The notes below the pieces were generated by a model. That model was not told the origin of the DNA. It did not search any database and saw only the letters and a program-made list of their open reading frames with translations. DNA of 64,000 nucleotides from Octopus vulgaris (taxonomy: Eukaryota), in contig OX597839.1 of assembly GCA_951406725.2 (NCBI GenBank), forward strand, positions 33,356,001 to 33,420,000, in the 5' to 3' direction. Positions 1 through 11,979 of the stretch are shown piece after piece (the first letter of the stretch is position 1; each line of letters starts with the position of its first letter). Made by a program: the position numbers and the translations under genes.

Positions 1-70
1 TTGCATTGTTCAACTAAATGGAGTTGCACGAAACGATCGTACCTCGGGATATCCTTGTTGCTTATTTTGA

Positions 71-135
<65 letters not shown>

Positions 136-136
<1 letters not shown>

Positions 137-433
137 CACCGTGACCGATCAGGCTATCAGATGTTGCTACACATCGCTGGTCGCAATGCGCTTCGCATTG
201 TTTTAGCCTTCAAATGACGCCACCCCGCTGGCTAAGCGAGCAGGCCAACAGAAGAAAGAGTGAGAGAAAGTTGCTGCGAAAGAGTACGGCAGGGATCGCC
301 CCCCCCCTGTCGGAGCCTCGTGGAGCTTTAGGTGTTTTCGCTCAATAAACACACTCACAACGCCCGGTCTGGGAATCGAAATCGCGATCCTCCGATCGCG
401 AGTCCGCTGCCTAACCACTGGGCCATTGCGCCT

Positions 434-437
<4 letters not shown>
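136..437 (-). mobile_element. tRNA-derived SINE family A, tail type 2
   Basis: Same tRNA-like head as 8210-8598 (A box tggcccagtggtta, B box ggtttcgattcc) but 3' tail ...ttggcctgctcgcttagccagcgggg...gatcggtcacggtgat followed by (TA)n. Confidence 0.85.
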
Positions 438-498
<61 letters not shown>

Positions 499-500
499 TT

Positions 501-548
<48 letters not shown>

Positions 549-570
549 AAGATAGATATATGTATATATA

Positions 571-815
571 TATAAAATTAAAATCCAGAAAATGGAGAAG
601 TAGCATTAATATAATTAATTTATTGCAAAAATTCAACATGTTTACTTACAGCTGTTTCGATTTTGGGGCCAAAAATTAAATTTCAGTAATTAAACCTTTT
701 ATTGGTCAGAGGAGTAAAGAAAGGCACATTGTTAGGTTATTATATGTTAGTCTTCCAAAACATCTCGACAAAATAATAGGTAACAAACCAGTAAGTCACT
801 TTTTACTATCCCTTA
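571..815 (-). mobile_element. Penelope-like fragment in microsatellite with degenerate hammerhead-like motif
   Basis: Minus strand reads GA-gatgttttgg...ccaaaatc-GAAA-cagctg-TA-agt (palindromic stem III); the CUGANGA box is interrupted. Flanked by (TA)n and (CT)n(TA)n. Confidence 0.4.
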
Positions 816-853
816 AGGCGATCTTTTTAACCTCTCTCTCTCTCTCTCTCCCT

Positions 854-919
<66 letters not shown>

Positions 920-1089
920 GATGGGCTTCCACACAGTTTCCGCCTGCAAATCACTCTGCAATAGAGGAAGACACCTGAGCTACCGTACAGTAGGATTGAA
1001 CTCAAAACCGCGCGGTTTCGTAACCATACAGCCATGCTCACATCCAATTTATTCTCCTCATGAAGTGTTCCACGAATTTGTACGTCCAC

Positions 1090-1490
1090 ATTCACACATA
1101 CATAAATATATACACACACATACACACACAATATACACACTACAAAACACACAATACACACGCAAATACACACACAATACACACACACATAACACACATA
1201 CATACATACAATACACACACATATACACACAAAACACACACATGCATACACACAATACACACACATATACACACAAAACACACACAATACACACATACAC
1301 ACATACAATACACACATACGCACACATATACACATAAAACACACACAATGCACACATACACACATATATATACACACACATAGACACACAATACACACAC
1401 ATACACACACATATACAAACACATACCCACACTCAATACACACACATATACACACACGTACACAAACAATATACACGCGCGCCGCGCACA
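1090..1490. repeat. Degenerate (CA/TA)n microsatellite block
   Basis: Direct inspection. Confidence 0.95.
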
Positions 1491-1972
1491 CAATTACGAA
1501 CGTAAAAAAAAATGGCTACTTCCAATATAAACCGCAAACCGTAAGTACTTTTAATGTCCAACAGATTGTTATAGAAAAGGTGAAAGAAATTTTACAGAAA
1601 GCTTCTGTAGCAAATGTCGAACACGTTATGAGTATCCTATCACAGACAAAATTCTTTAGGCAACATTTATTGAAGCTCTAAAAGTTTTTAACGAAGGTCG
1701 ACCTGGTCAGCTTATTGTATATTATTGCAGATTATTGAAGGAAATGATACGGGCTTGTGGCAACAATTCACAAATTACTAACTTTTGCCCAGTTATTACT
1801 GACATTTGGATAGTAAATGGAAAGTTGTTTAAACGACCGTAATCGCTAACCTTTGAATCGTTTATGCTTTCTGGTTGGATACACCATTTAGTCAATAATA
1901 TTGTTAAAAATGTCTTAAATAAAGTATCTGTTGTAACAGAGCAGCGCTTCTTAAAACTATGGGTCGCGACCC

Positions 1973-2004
<32 letters not shown>

Positions 2005-2076
2005 ATCACGTGGATACACCATTTAGTCAATAATATTGCCAAAAATGTCTTAACTAAAGTATCTGTTGTAACAGAG

Positions 2077-2392
2077 CAGCGCTTCTTAAAACTATGGGTC
2101 GCGACCCTGAATGGGCACGCGAAGCGAAATGCTGAGGTCTCGAGAATTAAATTCAAACATTAGAATTTCGGTTTTTATGTTCTTTCACAAATGCACCAAT
2201 CCTAAAACTACTTTTATTTTGACAAATAATCTAACTACTTTTTTTAAATATATATATATTGTGCAGCAAAAAATAAAAAAACAATTTATATATATATATT
2301 TGTATGTTTTATTTCATATTTAATACCTGGGGTCGCGAAAAATCTCGTGATGAAAAATGGGGTCATGAATGAAAAAAGTTTAAGAAGCGCTG
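2077..2392. mobile_element. hAT (Charlie-like) non-autonomous MITE
   Basis: Terminal inverted repeats cagcgcttcttaaa / tttaagaagcgctg; subterminal gggtcgcga motifs; imperfect 8-bp TSD taacagag / ttatagag. Confidence 0.8.
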
Positions 2393-2399
2393 TTATAGA

Positions 2400-2830
2400 G
2401 GATACATACGAGGGATATACTTATGGAAAACCTTGGAGGGGTTGGCACCAACATTTGTCATCAAGTGCTATGCCAGCCTCCGAACTGGACATCACTGCAC
2501 TGTTCCAAAAGTCTCATCCATCGTGTCAGGAGTGAGGACTATGTTCTGCAATAGTTTGGGATTCAAGGGCCCACGGCTATTTAATGCCTTTCCAAAATAT
2601 ATGAAAGATCTACGTGGAGTAGGAGTAGATGTTTTCACCAAACGACTCGACCTTCTGTTGTCCACGGCCCCAGACAAACCTATAGCAAGGCAGCAAACTC
2701 AAAACATGGCAGCAATGTCGAATTTTCACCTTCACCCAAAACCAGCCACGAAAGACTGTCCATTGAAAAGGTGATGAAACTGGCGGTGCCCCAGCATGGC
2801 CACAGTCTTTGGGTTTAAACCCATAAACGA
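2400..2830 (+). pseudogene. Decayed 3' end of CR1-group LINE ORF2
   Basis: Translation YLWKTLEGLAP...NSLGFKGPRLFNAFPKYMKDLRGVGVDVFTKRLDLLLSTAPDKP matches the typical C-terminus of CR1-group RT ORFs. Confidence 0.7.
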
Positions 2831-3101
2831 GTAAAGGAAGGTGTTAGATAAAACAATCTGGGTTAGAGGATAAATATAGTGTTAGAAAGGACCCAGATAA
2901 GACATACGCTGTGTTTGAGAGTTGACGTGCTATGTTAGATAAGGCAGACTATATTCGGATTCTCGCCTGATGATCGCATCATCATGAAACTCGACACGCG
3001 GGACAAACTTCAGTTTCTTTCAGTCGCAATAAACCATATACTCAGCAACATGTATTTATATATTGAGCAATCTTTCGCCGTCTTATTCGTTTCAACGTTT
3101 A

Positions 3102-3102
3102 G

Positions 3103-3144
<42 letters not shown>

Positions 3145-3184
3145 ATGTCTGTCTGTCTGTCTGTCTGTCTGCCTGCCTGCCTGC

Positions 3185-3268
<84 letters not shown>

Positions 3269-3281
3269 ATATATATATCTG

Positions 3282-3326
<45 letters not shown>

Positions 3327-3343
3327 ATATATATATCTGTATA

Positions 3344-3417
<74 letters not shown>

Positions 3418-3611
3418 AATCTATGTTTGTCTGTCAGTCTGTCCGTCTGCCAGTCTGCCTGCCTGTCTGTCTATCTGTCTATCTCCATACCTACATACTT
3501 ACCAACCTACCTACCTACTTGCATACCTACCTACCTACCTACCTACCTACCTACCTACCTACCTACCTTTCAATCTATGTATCTCTCTCCCATTCTCTCT
3601 CTCTCTCTATC

Positions 3612-3650
<39 letters not shown>
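3102..3650. repeat. Compound tetranucleotide microsatellite (TATC/TGTC/TACC) plus (TA)n
   Basis: Direct inspection. Confidence 0.97.
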
Positions 3651-3651
<1 letters not shown>

Positions 3652-3729
3652 AGATAATAAAAATATATGCATACATACAAACATATATGTACGTACCTAC
3701 ATCTACATGTATATATACATGCATACATA

Positions 3730-4347
3730 AATAATTATACGGGAGTACAGGACATCACAATAAGACGTAGAAACGGAAAAAACCAAGAAAACGGAAAACG
3801 AAAAACAAGAAAACGAAAAACAAATACAGGACGAGCTACACAAGGACAAAATCCCCGTCATCAGCTGTCGCTAGAGGAGTCAGGCATGTTTCGAAGGCAT
3901 AACAGAACACTAATCCAATAGGCCTTCCTGCGAGAGAATTAAAATAAAATTCCAAGCAGCGGGGCAAAATGAGTACGAACACAAACAAGACGTAACAATA
4001 AGACTGCAAAATTAAAATACATGTACAAAAACAAACACAAGAAGACGAACGAAAAAGCCTTTTTTCTGGCATAGACAAACGATAAAACTGCAAAAATAAA
4101 AAAACATGTACAAAAAGTACAATTAGTTACAAAACGAGAAAATAACAAGAATACTATACAGGAAATCAACCACACAAGGGAACGAACGGAGAAGCCTTTT
4201 GCTGGCAAGGACGAAAGTGTAGTAGCAGCGTGTGGAGGCAGTCTTTTCAAAAGTGGGAACCACGTGTTAAGGAATTTTGTTTTATAGGCAAGGAAGAGGG
4301 AAGGAGGAGGGGGACACGCGGCGAAGAGAGAGGAGGAGTGGGAGGGA
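3730..4347 (-). mobile_element. Probable Penelope-like terminal-repeat fragment in TA-rich microsatellite
   Basis: Internal direct repeats (aagcctttt..ctggca; aaaa.acatgtacaaaa); CGAAACATG and CTGATGA motifs on the minus strand; TA-rich flanks. Confidence 0.4.
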
Positions 4348-4985
4348 ATATATATATATATATATATCAAAGTTTACTCTAATCTAATAAAACTGCATTT
4401 TTACGTATCAGAAATTCGTTTTCATAACAGCTTTTATTGCACAAGCTTTGATATCGATTAGAAGCCATAACGTATGAATAAAAAAAAATACCTTTTCATA
4501 TTACAATCGTTTCATTTTCTCCCCTAAATAATTCATTAAAACTATTTATAGCTGAATTGCACGAAATTTGAGAGACATTATTTTATCTAACATCAATATA
4601 CGGATGTAAAAATTGTATTATTGCCACTTTTTCTGTCTATAATGTTTATGAACAGATTTTGTTCTATCACAGGAGGATCATTATGCCAACAATAACACAC
4701 GCACTGGTTCTATTTCACTTATTTTGTTATTACTAGTAATTTGTTCAACAATTTAATCAATTAACTAATCGATTGCTTGATTAAATTGTTCGGTCATTCA
4801 ATCAATCAATCAATCAGTCAATCAATCAATTATTCAATCTGTTATTGATGACATTGCGAATGGTGACGGAAGGGCTTAACCAAACCTGACTGTTTGATTG
4901 ACCAAATGATTGGTCAATCAATCGTTTGGTCAATCAATCAATCGTTTAGTTAATTGGTAAACCAATTGACAACAACAACTACTAT

Positions 4986-5040
<55 letters not shown>

Positions 5041-5085
5041 GCTGCTACTACTACTACTACTACTACTACTAATAATAATAATAAT

Positions 5086-5437
<352 letters not shown>

Positions 5438-5556
5438 CCATTCTACTATAGGCACAAGGCCTGAAATTTGCGAGGAGGGGGCCAGTCGATTAGATCGACA
5501 CTAGTACGCAAGTGGTACTTAATTTATCGACCCCGATAAATTTATCGACCCAGAAA

Positions 5557-5682
5557 GACACTCGGTAAGAAATGGAAACAGAAGTGGATGATGATGATGA
5601 TGATAATAAAAAAACTTCTCTCGAGGTCTCTGGGTGAGACTTGGAGCTAACTTGTACAAATGCAAAGCAAAAGTCAAACATA
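5557..5682 (+). mobile_element. Two extreme 3' ends of R4/Dong-type elements (subfamilies X and Y)
   Basis: gacactcggtaagaaatggaa matches the 3' UTR at 35717-35750; gaggtctctgggtgagacttggagc...aaagtcaaaca matches the 3' UTR at 51273-51331; followed by (AAT)n. Confidence 0.75.
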
Positions 5683-5739
<57 letters not shown>

Positions 5740-5754
5740 TGATAATGATAATAA

Positions 5755-6130
5755 TGGTTTTAAATTTTGGCACAAATCCAGCAAGTTTAGGGAGAGGGAA
5801 TAAATCGATCACACCGACCCCAGTGTACAACTGGTACTTATTCTATCAGTCTCTTTTGCCGAACCGCTAAGTAACGGGGACATAAACACACCAGCATCGG
5901 TTGTCAAGCAATGTTAGGGGGACAAACACAGACACACAAACACACACACGCATATATATATATACATATATACGACGGGCTTCTTTCAGTTTCCGTCTAC
6001 CAAATCCACTCACAAGGCATTGGTCGGCCCGGGGCTATAGCAGAAGACACTTGCCCAAGATGCCACGCAGTGGGACTGAACCCGGAACCATGTGGTTGGT
6101 TAGCAAGCTACTTACCACACAGCCACTCCA
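5755..6130 (-). mobile_element. Chimeric SINE: family B head and body with family C tail
   Basis: 6130-5835 matches family B (54380-54782); it switches at the shared taagtac motif to a family C tail ending ...aaatttaaaaacc(att)n. Confidence 0.75.
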
Positions 6131-7109
6131 GCATATTTTGTATTATAGTTTTCTTTTTTTTTTTTACATTTCTTATTTCATGGTTGTTATTGTATGGTTT
6201 ATGGTAGGCAGCGTATTGAGTCCTTCGTAAACACGTGCTCCATTCGTATTTATCAGTTTTTTTCCGCTATTCCATTTTCATTATCGTTTCATTACGGTTT
6301 TTCATTATCGATTCGAAACTCAGACACATTGGCAGGAATTTTACTTCCCACGGCCGCCCGAAGCACACGCTCTATGAGTGGCATCAAACGTTGGTTTATC
6401 GAGCAGAAATTGAATTGGAAATGGAATTCTTGGAATGGAGATGGATTATTAAAAACAGTAAATGGATATTCATGAAGCATCGTAGATTTACCCGAAGGAA
6501 GAATTGTCTTGAAATCCGTTTCTGCTATTCTTGGATTCGCTATATTCTGATGCAATTCTTACTCTTAGTTCTGTTGCTCTTTGATAGTTTTGCGACTCTT
6601 GTCTAAAATCGTTCGCCGTTTCTAAGTGAAACAATCCAAGTAAATTATAGAAATGCTAATGGAATGAACGGAAATGGCAGTTTACTCACGTTTGATACAA
6701 TGTCGCTGACGCAGTATGGTAAATGCGGAACTGGTAGTATGTTGTGTAGCTGACGTTCGTTCACCTCAAGCTCTTCCATCTATGAATATTAATGAAGTAT
6801 TTAGATACACGCCGTACTGAAGAGATCCAATCATACCGAAATTGTAGCCATATACGAATATATGATGGCTCAACCCTGTAGTTGAAAAGAAAGAAAAAGA
6901 AAAGAAAATGTATTCAAATGTATTTTATTTCTTTCTCTTCACTAACGAGAAAATGGACTACTAGCAAGATTATCTCCCTTGCAGTAGTAATGTAAAGAAA
7001 ACCCCAACAAATAAACAAAAAACAACAGCCGATCGTTTACATGGCTGAAAAATAAAGTATTTACTGAATTGTGTGGGTAGAAAATGGAGAAAACTTTATG
7101 TTTATCGAT

Positions 7110-7625
7110 CCGTGTGAGACAGCCCTTGGTTCTATTATACAAAATCTCTATTTTAAAGTGACCCAAATTAAAGTTCCATGCTAATTTATGTTCCTTACTA
7201 TACGCTATCTTTACGATGACAAAGTTATTTTAATAAAGACTTCATTATATTCAAAATCAATTAAAATAAAGCTAGTTTATTTCATTAGAAGTATGAAAGC
7301 AAAAATATTAAAGTGATCTCAAAATCTTCCATCAAAATACCATGCTACTTTATGTTCCAAACTTCATCTTAACAATGATGAAGTTATTTTAATAAATTCT
7401 TCATTATTTTAAAAAAGCAATTGAAACAAATGTAGAATATTTCAAGAGAAATATGCTAACAAAAGTGTTAAAGCGATCTGAAATAAAACCTTCCATTATT
7501 TGTTCATGTAAATTTATGTTCCAAACACGAATGTAATAATGCCAAAGTAGTTTTGCTAAATTCTTCATAATTTTCAAAAGTATACGAAACAAAGAGAATA
7601 TATTTCACCAGAAATATAATAAAAG
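7110..7625. repeat. Diverged tandem repeat of about 150-170 bp, three copies (MITE-derived)
   Basis: Recurrent catgct..tttatgttcc...aagttattttaataaa..cttcattat units near 7177, 7341 and 7504. Confidence 0.65.
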
Positions 7626-8209
7626 GTTTGATGTATGCTACGTGCTAATCGTTCCGCGAAGAATGCGTGGTATATTCGTAGCAATTGTTATGAAGATGCA
7701 GTATTGTATGGTTAACATTTGTGAAGAAGTATTTTTCCGCCATTTATAAACGATAATGAATGTCGGTGAATGAACGGTCCTTTGTGAAACGAATGCTGTA
7801 AAATTAAATGAAGGATGAAAATTTGAAATCACCCGAAAAGAAGGAAAGAAAATCTTTACTTGAACGACCAATTATCAAATCTGTCCGTGTTTATTGAGAG
7901 AGATTTATCGTAAAAATTGTTTGTTTTCAAATTATTGATGTGTGTCGTGGTTCGTATGTTGATTACACGTGTATAGTTATGGTTCTGTGTGGAATTGTTG
8001 CGTGGAATTGATATCGATTTGTAATGGCGAGTAATTGGGAAAGGAACTTAAATGTCAATGTTGAGGACCTAACTGAAATTTCAATGTGATAATTGAATCC
8101 GAATCAAAAGATGCAATATGAAGAACGGGGTTAGAAATATATATGACCGCCAAATGCGTTTCCTTGCTTGCATGTGATATCTTCGTCTTTGAGTCTGTAA
8201 TCGGTAGGT

Positions 8210-8598
8210 GTGGAGGCGCAATGGCCCAGTGGTTAGGGCAGCGGACTCGCGGTCATAGGATCGCGGTTTCGATTCCCAGACCGGGCGTTGTGAGTGTTTA
8301 TTGAGCGAAAACACCTAAAAGCTCCACGAGGCTCCGGCAGAGGGTAGTGGCGACCCCTGTTGTACTCTTTCACCACAACTTTCTCTCACTCTTACTTCCT
8401 GTTTCTGTTGTACCTGTATTTCAAGGGGCCGGCCTTGTCACTCTCTGTGTCACGCTGAATATCCCCGAGAACTACGTTAAGGGCGCACGTGTCTGTGGAG
8501 TGCTCAGCCACTTACACGTTAATTTCACGAGCAGGCTGTTCCGTTGATTCGGATCAACCGGAACCCTCATCGTCGTAACCGACGGAGTGCTTCCATCC
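8210..8598 (+). mobile_element. tRNA(Arg-like)-derived SINE family A, tail type 1, full length
   Basis: tRNA-like head with A/B boxes and TCG anticodon-like loop (gactcgcgg); CORE-like gttgtgagtgtttattgagcgaaaacacctaa; 11-bp TSD aatcggtaggt. Confidence 0.92.
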
Positions 8599-9520
8599 AA
8601 TCGGTAGGTACTTGGTTGTATTATCCTTGGATAATGGTAAATAGAATTGCGAAAGAGTTAATGTTGAACGGAAGGAGAGAAATTGTAAATCGAGCAGAAA
8701 CATGAAAGGAATAATTGAAGGAGTTAATAGTTCTGGGTTCTTACCGTTTTTAGATTCTGTCTTGGAGTAACGGAATCTGTTTATTATATAAAGTGATGTC
8801 ATGAGAATTGAGGATGTTGTATAATGGAGGAAGTGATCTATTGGCAGGGTCGGTAGAGCATCGAATAGATTACTTGCGGGAATGGTTCAAGATCCCTGCG
8901 CTCTGGATTGTGTGACTTGAAAGAGATTAGGCTGCTGTTTCAAGCATATCGGGATACCATGTACAGATTCCTTCATTGACTGATGTCATTTCAGAATTTG
9001 TTGTTTTTGTTGTTTAACCCTCGGTCAGCTCTGATAGGACCACAGTAACCACAGATATGGCCATCCCCTCTTATTTACAGACACTCTGTATCGAGCACTA
9101 CATTCCCCAGTCTCTCTTATTCTTAGGTGTATGGTGGGATTTGAGTGAGATTTGGCTGCTGTTTCTAGCATGTACTGCAAGCCTGCATTGGATGCTCACG
9201 TAATTACTATGATGTGTCTCTAGCAAAAGAGACAAGACCTTTCGGGGTCGACAGATAAAATACCAGTGTTCTACTGAGGTCGAAAATTAAAGTATCAGTC
9301 ACGTGTTGGAGCCGATTCTTCTCTTTCCTCTGTCTGTCTGTTCGTCTTACTGTTTTCGGGGGGAAAAAAATCACCTGCGGCACAGTCCCTGAGAGAGGTG
9401 GACTCTTCTGGGAGCTGTATGGCACGATGTCGCTCCCCCTATTCCATCAAAGGACTAACCTATTTATTGCACATGTGATACACAGGGCATATTTCCCCGG
9501 CATCCATTCATTATAAGCGA

Positions 9521-9914
9521 CTAGCAGTATCGCCCGGCGTTGCTCGGGTTTGTAAGGGAAATAACTATATAAGCATTTTTAGAGAGTTATAGCCAAAAAA
9601 TAGCAAAAAAATGCATTAAAAATGGAAAAAATAATGATGGTAAATTTTTTAAAAAATCGTTGACTCATCGTAGACATTTTTAGAGAGTTACTTCCCTTAG
9701 CGAAAAAATGCATTAAAATGGAAAAAAATGATGGTAAATTATTTTTAAAATCGTAGACTCATCGTAGACGCGCGCTAATACCCAGAAGGGCTCGATATGA
9801 ATCACGACTATAAGATACCCGGTTTTGGTTACACTGCACCGCAAAATGTGGGAGTAGTTAGGAATCTAAATCATAGGAGACAGACACACACAACTACAGT
9901 TTTATATATATAGA
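9521..9914 (-). mobile_element. Non-autonomous Helitron (Lep1/HINE-like)
   Basis: Minus strand starts A|TCtatatatataaaa, has an internal gt/gtct microsatellite, a 3' hairpin cccgagcaacgccggg and ends CTAG|T; no TSD; internal direct repeat of about 95 bp. Confidence 0.85.
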
Positions 9915-10339
9915 TATACATTCTCAATTTTTTTTTGTCAGTCACGTGAGAAACTTTGGACTTATGAAAGGAAAGCTTTATGTTACTCTGAACGAATGAA
10001 ACGAGGACGAGATAAAGGTCTGAAAACAATCACGGACGTTTTGGGATAAGCATATGAAAATGCTCTGGACAGACAAAGGGTTAAATTGGTAGAGAGATTT
10101 GGCTGCTATTTCTTGCACACAAAGCTTCCCTGTTGGCTTATACAACAGACACGGATTTCTTAACCCTTCGCCGGTCCTTTGTCTTAGTACATTTGGTTAC
10201 ACTCAGGATATATTTTCCTAGAGTTAATGCATTTTATATGATACACATTCCCTATCGGTTTTCAACCATCAGAGTAACTTGAGACGTATGAAAGGAAAGC
10301 TTTGTATTAATTAGAACGTACGATACAAAAGTTAACTAA

Positions 10340-10690
10340 AGGTGCAGGCATGGCTGTGTGGTAAGAAGCTTGCTTCCCACCCACATGGTTCCAAGTTCAG
10401 TCCCAATGCATGGCACCTTGGGCAAGTGTCTTCTACTATAGCCTCAGGCGGACCAAAGCCTTGTGAATGGATTTGGTAGACGGAAACTGAAAGAAGCCCG
10501 TCGTTACTACCCACAAGGGGCTAAACATAGAGGGGACAAACAAGGTCAGACAAAGGGATTAAGTCGATCATATCGACCCCAGTGCGTAACTGGTGCTTAT
10601 TTAATCGACCCCGAAAGAATGAAATTCAAAGTCGACCTCGGCGGAATTTGAACTCAGAACGTAACGGTAGACGAAATACCACTAAGCATT
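10340..10690. mobile_element. SINE B 5' half (+) joined to SINE C (-)
   Basis: aggtgcaggcatggctgtgtggtaag...gaagcccgtcgt followed by reverse-complement family C body. Confidence 0.8.
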
Positions 10691-10765
10691 ACAGTTCCAA
10701 GCAATGCTGATTTTTGTAGGTGTCCCACTTTCACACTTGCACCGATCGTTTTCAGCCATGCTGGT
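10690..10765 (-). mobile_element. R4/Dong C-terminal fragment (subfamily V)
   Basis: Minus translation AWLKTIGASVKVGHLQKSALLGT; same sequence as 38822-38893; abuts an (ATT)n array. Confidence 0.7.
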
Positions 10766-10770
10766 AGTTG

Positions 10771-10831
<61 letters not shown>

Positions 10832-10847
10832 CATTATTATTATTATT

Positions 10848-11063
10848 AAGGTGGCGAGCTGGCAGAAACGTTAGCATGCCGGGTAAAATATATAACGGTA
10901 TTTCGTCCGCCTTTCCGTTTTGAGTTCAAATTCTGCCGTGGCCGACTTTACCTTTCATCCCTTTCGGGGTCGATAGAAGAAATACGAGTCTGGTACCGGA
11001 GTCGATGTAATCGACTTACCTCTCGCCCCGAAATAGCTGTCTTTAATCCCATAATTTGAAACC
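10848..11063 (+). mobile_element. SINE family C
   Basis: aaggtggcgagctggcagaaacgttagc head directly after (ATT)n; B box; tail ...atttgaaacc. Confidence 0.85.
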
Positions 11064-11492
11064 ATTATCTCTATATTGAAGCCTAGGAATTCTGTGGATA
11101 TTTCGTGTGTGAATACAAAACTGGATTTGGTATAATGCAGCAATTTTGGGAAATATTTATCCTTTGATTAATTTATTGTAATTACCTTTGCTAATTTATT
11201 AGAAAATTGCTGTCTGATTAATGTAAATTAGAGAGGTCATCACATCAAGTAGAAAGGGCGACTCTTCAAATTAAGACAATGGTCATGTGACGAATGCAGT
11301 GAGTAATAATTTTTCCTGAATGACATTAGAGCTAAAGGTCGTGAACGAATAAACGTCAACCGTTAATCATGATATAAGATTGATCAAATAATACGTTGCA
11401 AAATAGCTACAACATTAATCTTTAATTTCAATATGTGTGATAGCAACCCCAAAACTTACAAAAATTCTCGTGAGTTCGCCGCCTTGATGATG

Positions 11493-11544
<52 letters not shown>

Positions 11545-11546
<2 letters not shown>

Positions 11547-11692
11547 GGCGCAGGAGTGGCTGTGTGGTAAGTAGCTTCTTTACCAACCACGTGCTTCCGG
11601 GTTCAGTCCCACTGCGTGGCACCTTGGGCAAGTGTCTTCTACTATAGCCTTGTGAGTGGATTTGGTAGACGGAAACTGAAAGAAGCCCGTCG

Positions 11693-11729
<37 letters not shown>

Positions 11730-11925
11730 ATGTTTGTGTGTCTGTGTTTGTCTGGTATGTTTATGTCCCCGTTACTTAGCGGTTCGGCAAAAGAGACCGA
11801 TAGAATAAGTACTGGGCTTACAAAAGAATAAGTCCCGGGGTCGAGTTGCTCGATTAAAGGCGGTGCTCCAGCCTGGCCGCAGTCAAATGACACAAGTAAA
11901 AAGAGTAAAAAAAAGAGAGTAAATG
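11545..11925 (+). mobile_element. tRNA-derived SINE family B with internal (TA)n(TG)n
   Basis: aggcgcaggagtggctgtgtggtaag (A box), ggttcagtccc (B box), CORE-like gcaccttgggcaagtgtctt, tail gcagtcaaatga..caagtaaaaagag. Confidence 0.88.
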
Positions 11926-11979
11926 AGAATAATAATAATAATAATAATAATGATGATGATAATAGTAATAATAATAAAC

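Noticed and set aside
6813-6856. Hammerhead-like cgta-CTGAAGA...GAAA...TA-tacg
   Set aside because: Stems II and III have at most 1-2 pairs; cannot be distinguished from chance or heavy decay
8210-8290. tRNA-Arg gene call for the family A head
   Set aside because: The acceptor stem is imperfect, the head is always fused to a SINE body, and copies carry TSDs
8347-8547. Conserved 66-72 aa ORF repeated at 14414, 26547, 31584 and 44505
   Set aside because: Conservation simply reflects SINE A copy identity, and most of the starts are non-ATG
10160-10335. TTAA-bounded piggyBac-like MITE with partial duplicate at 9945-10084
   Set aside because: Termini are too degenerate to call
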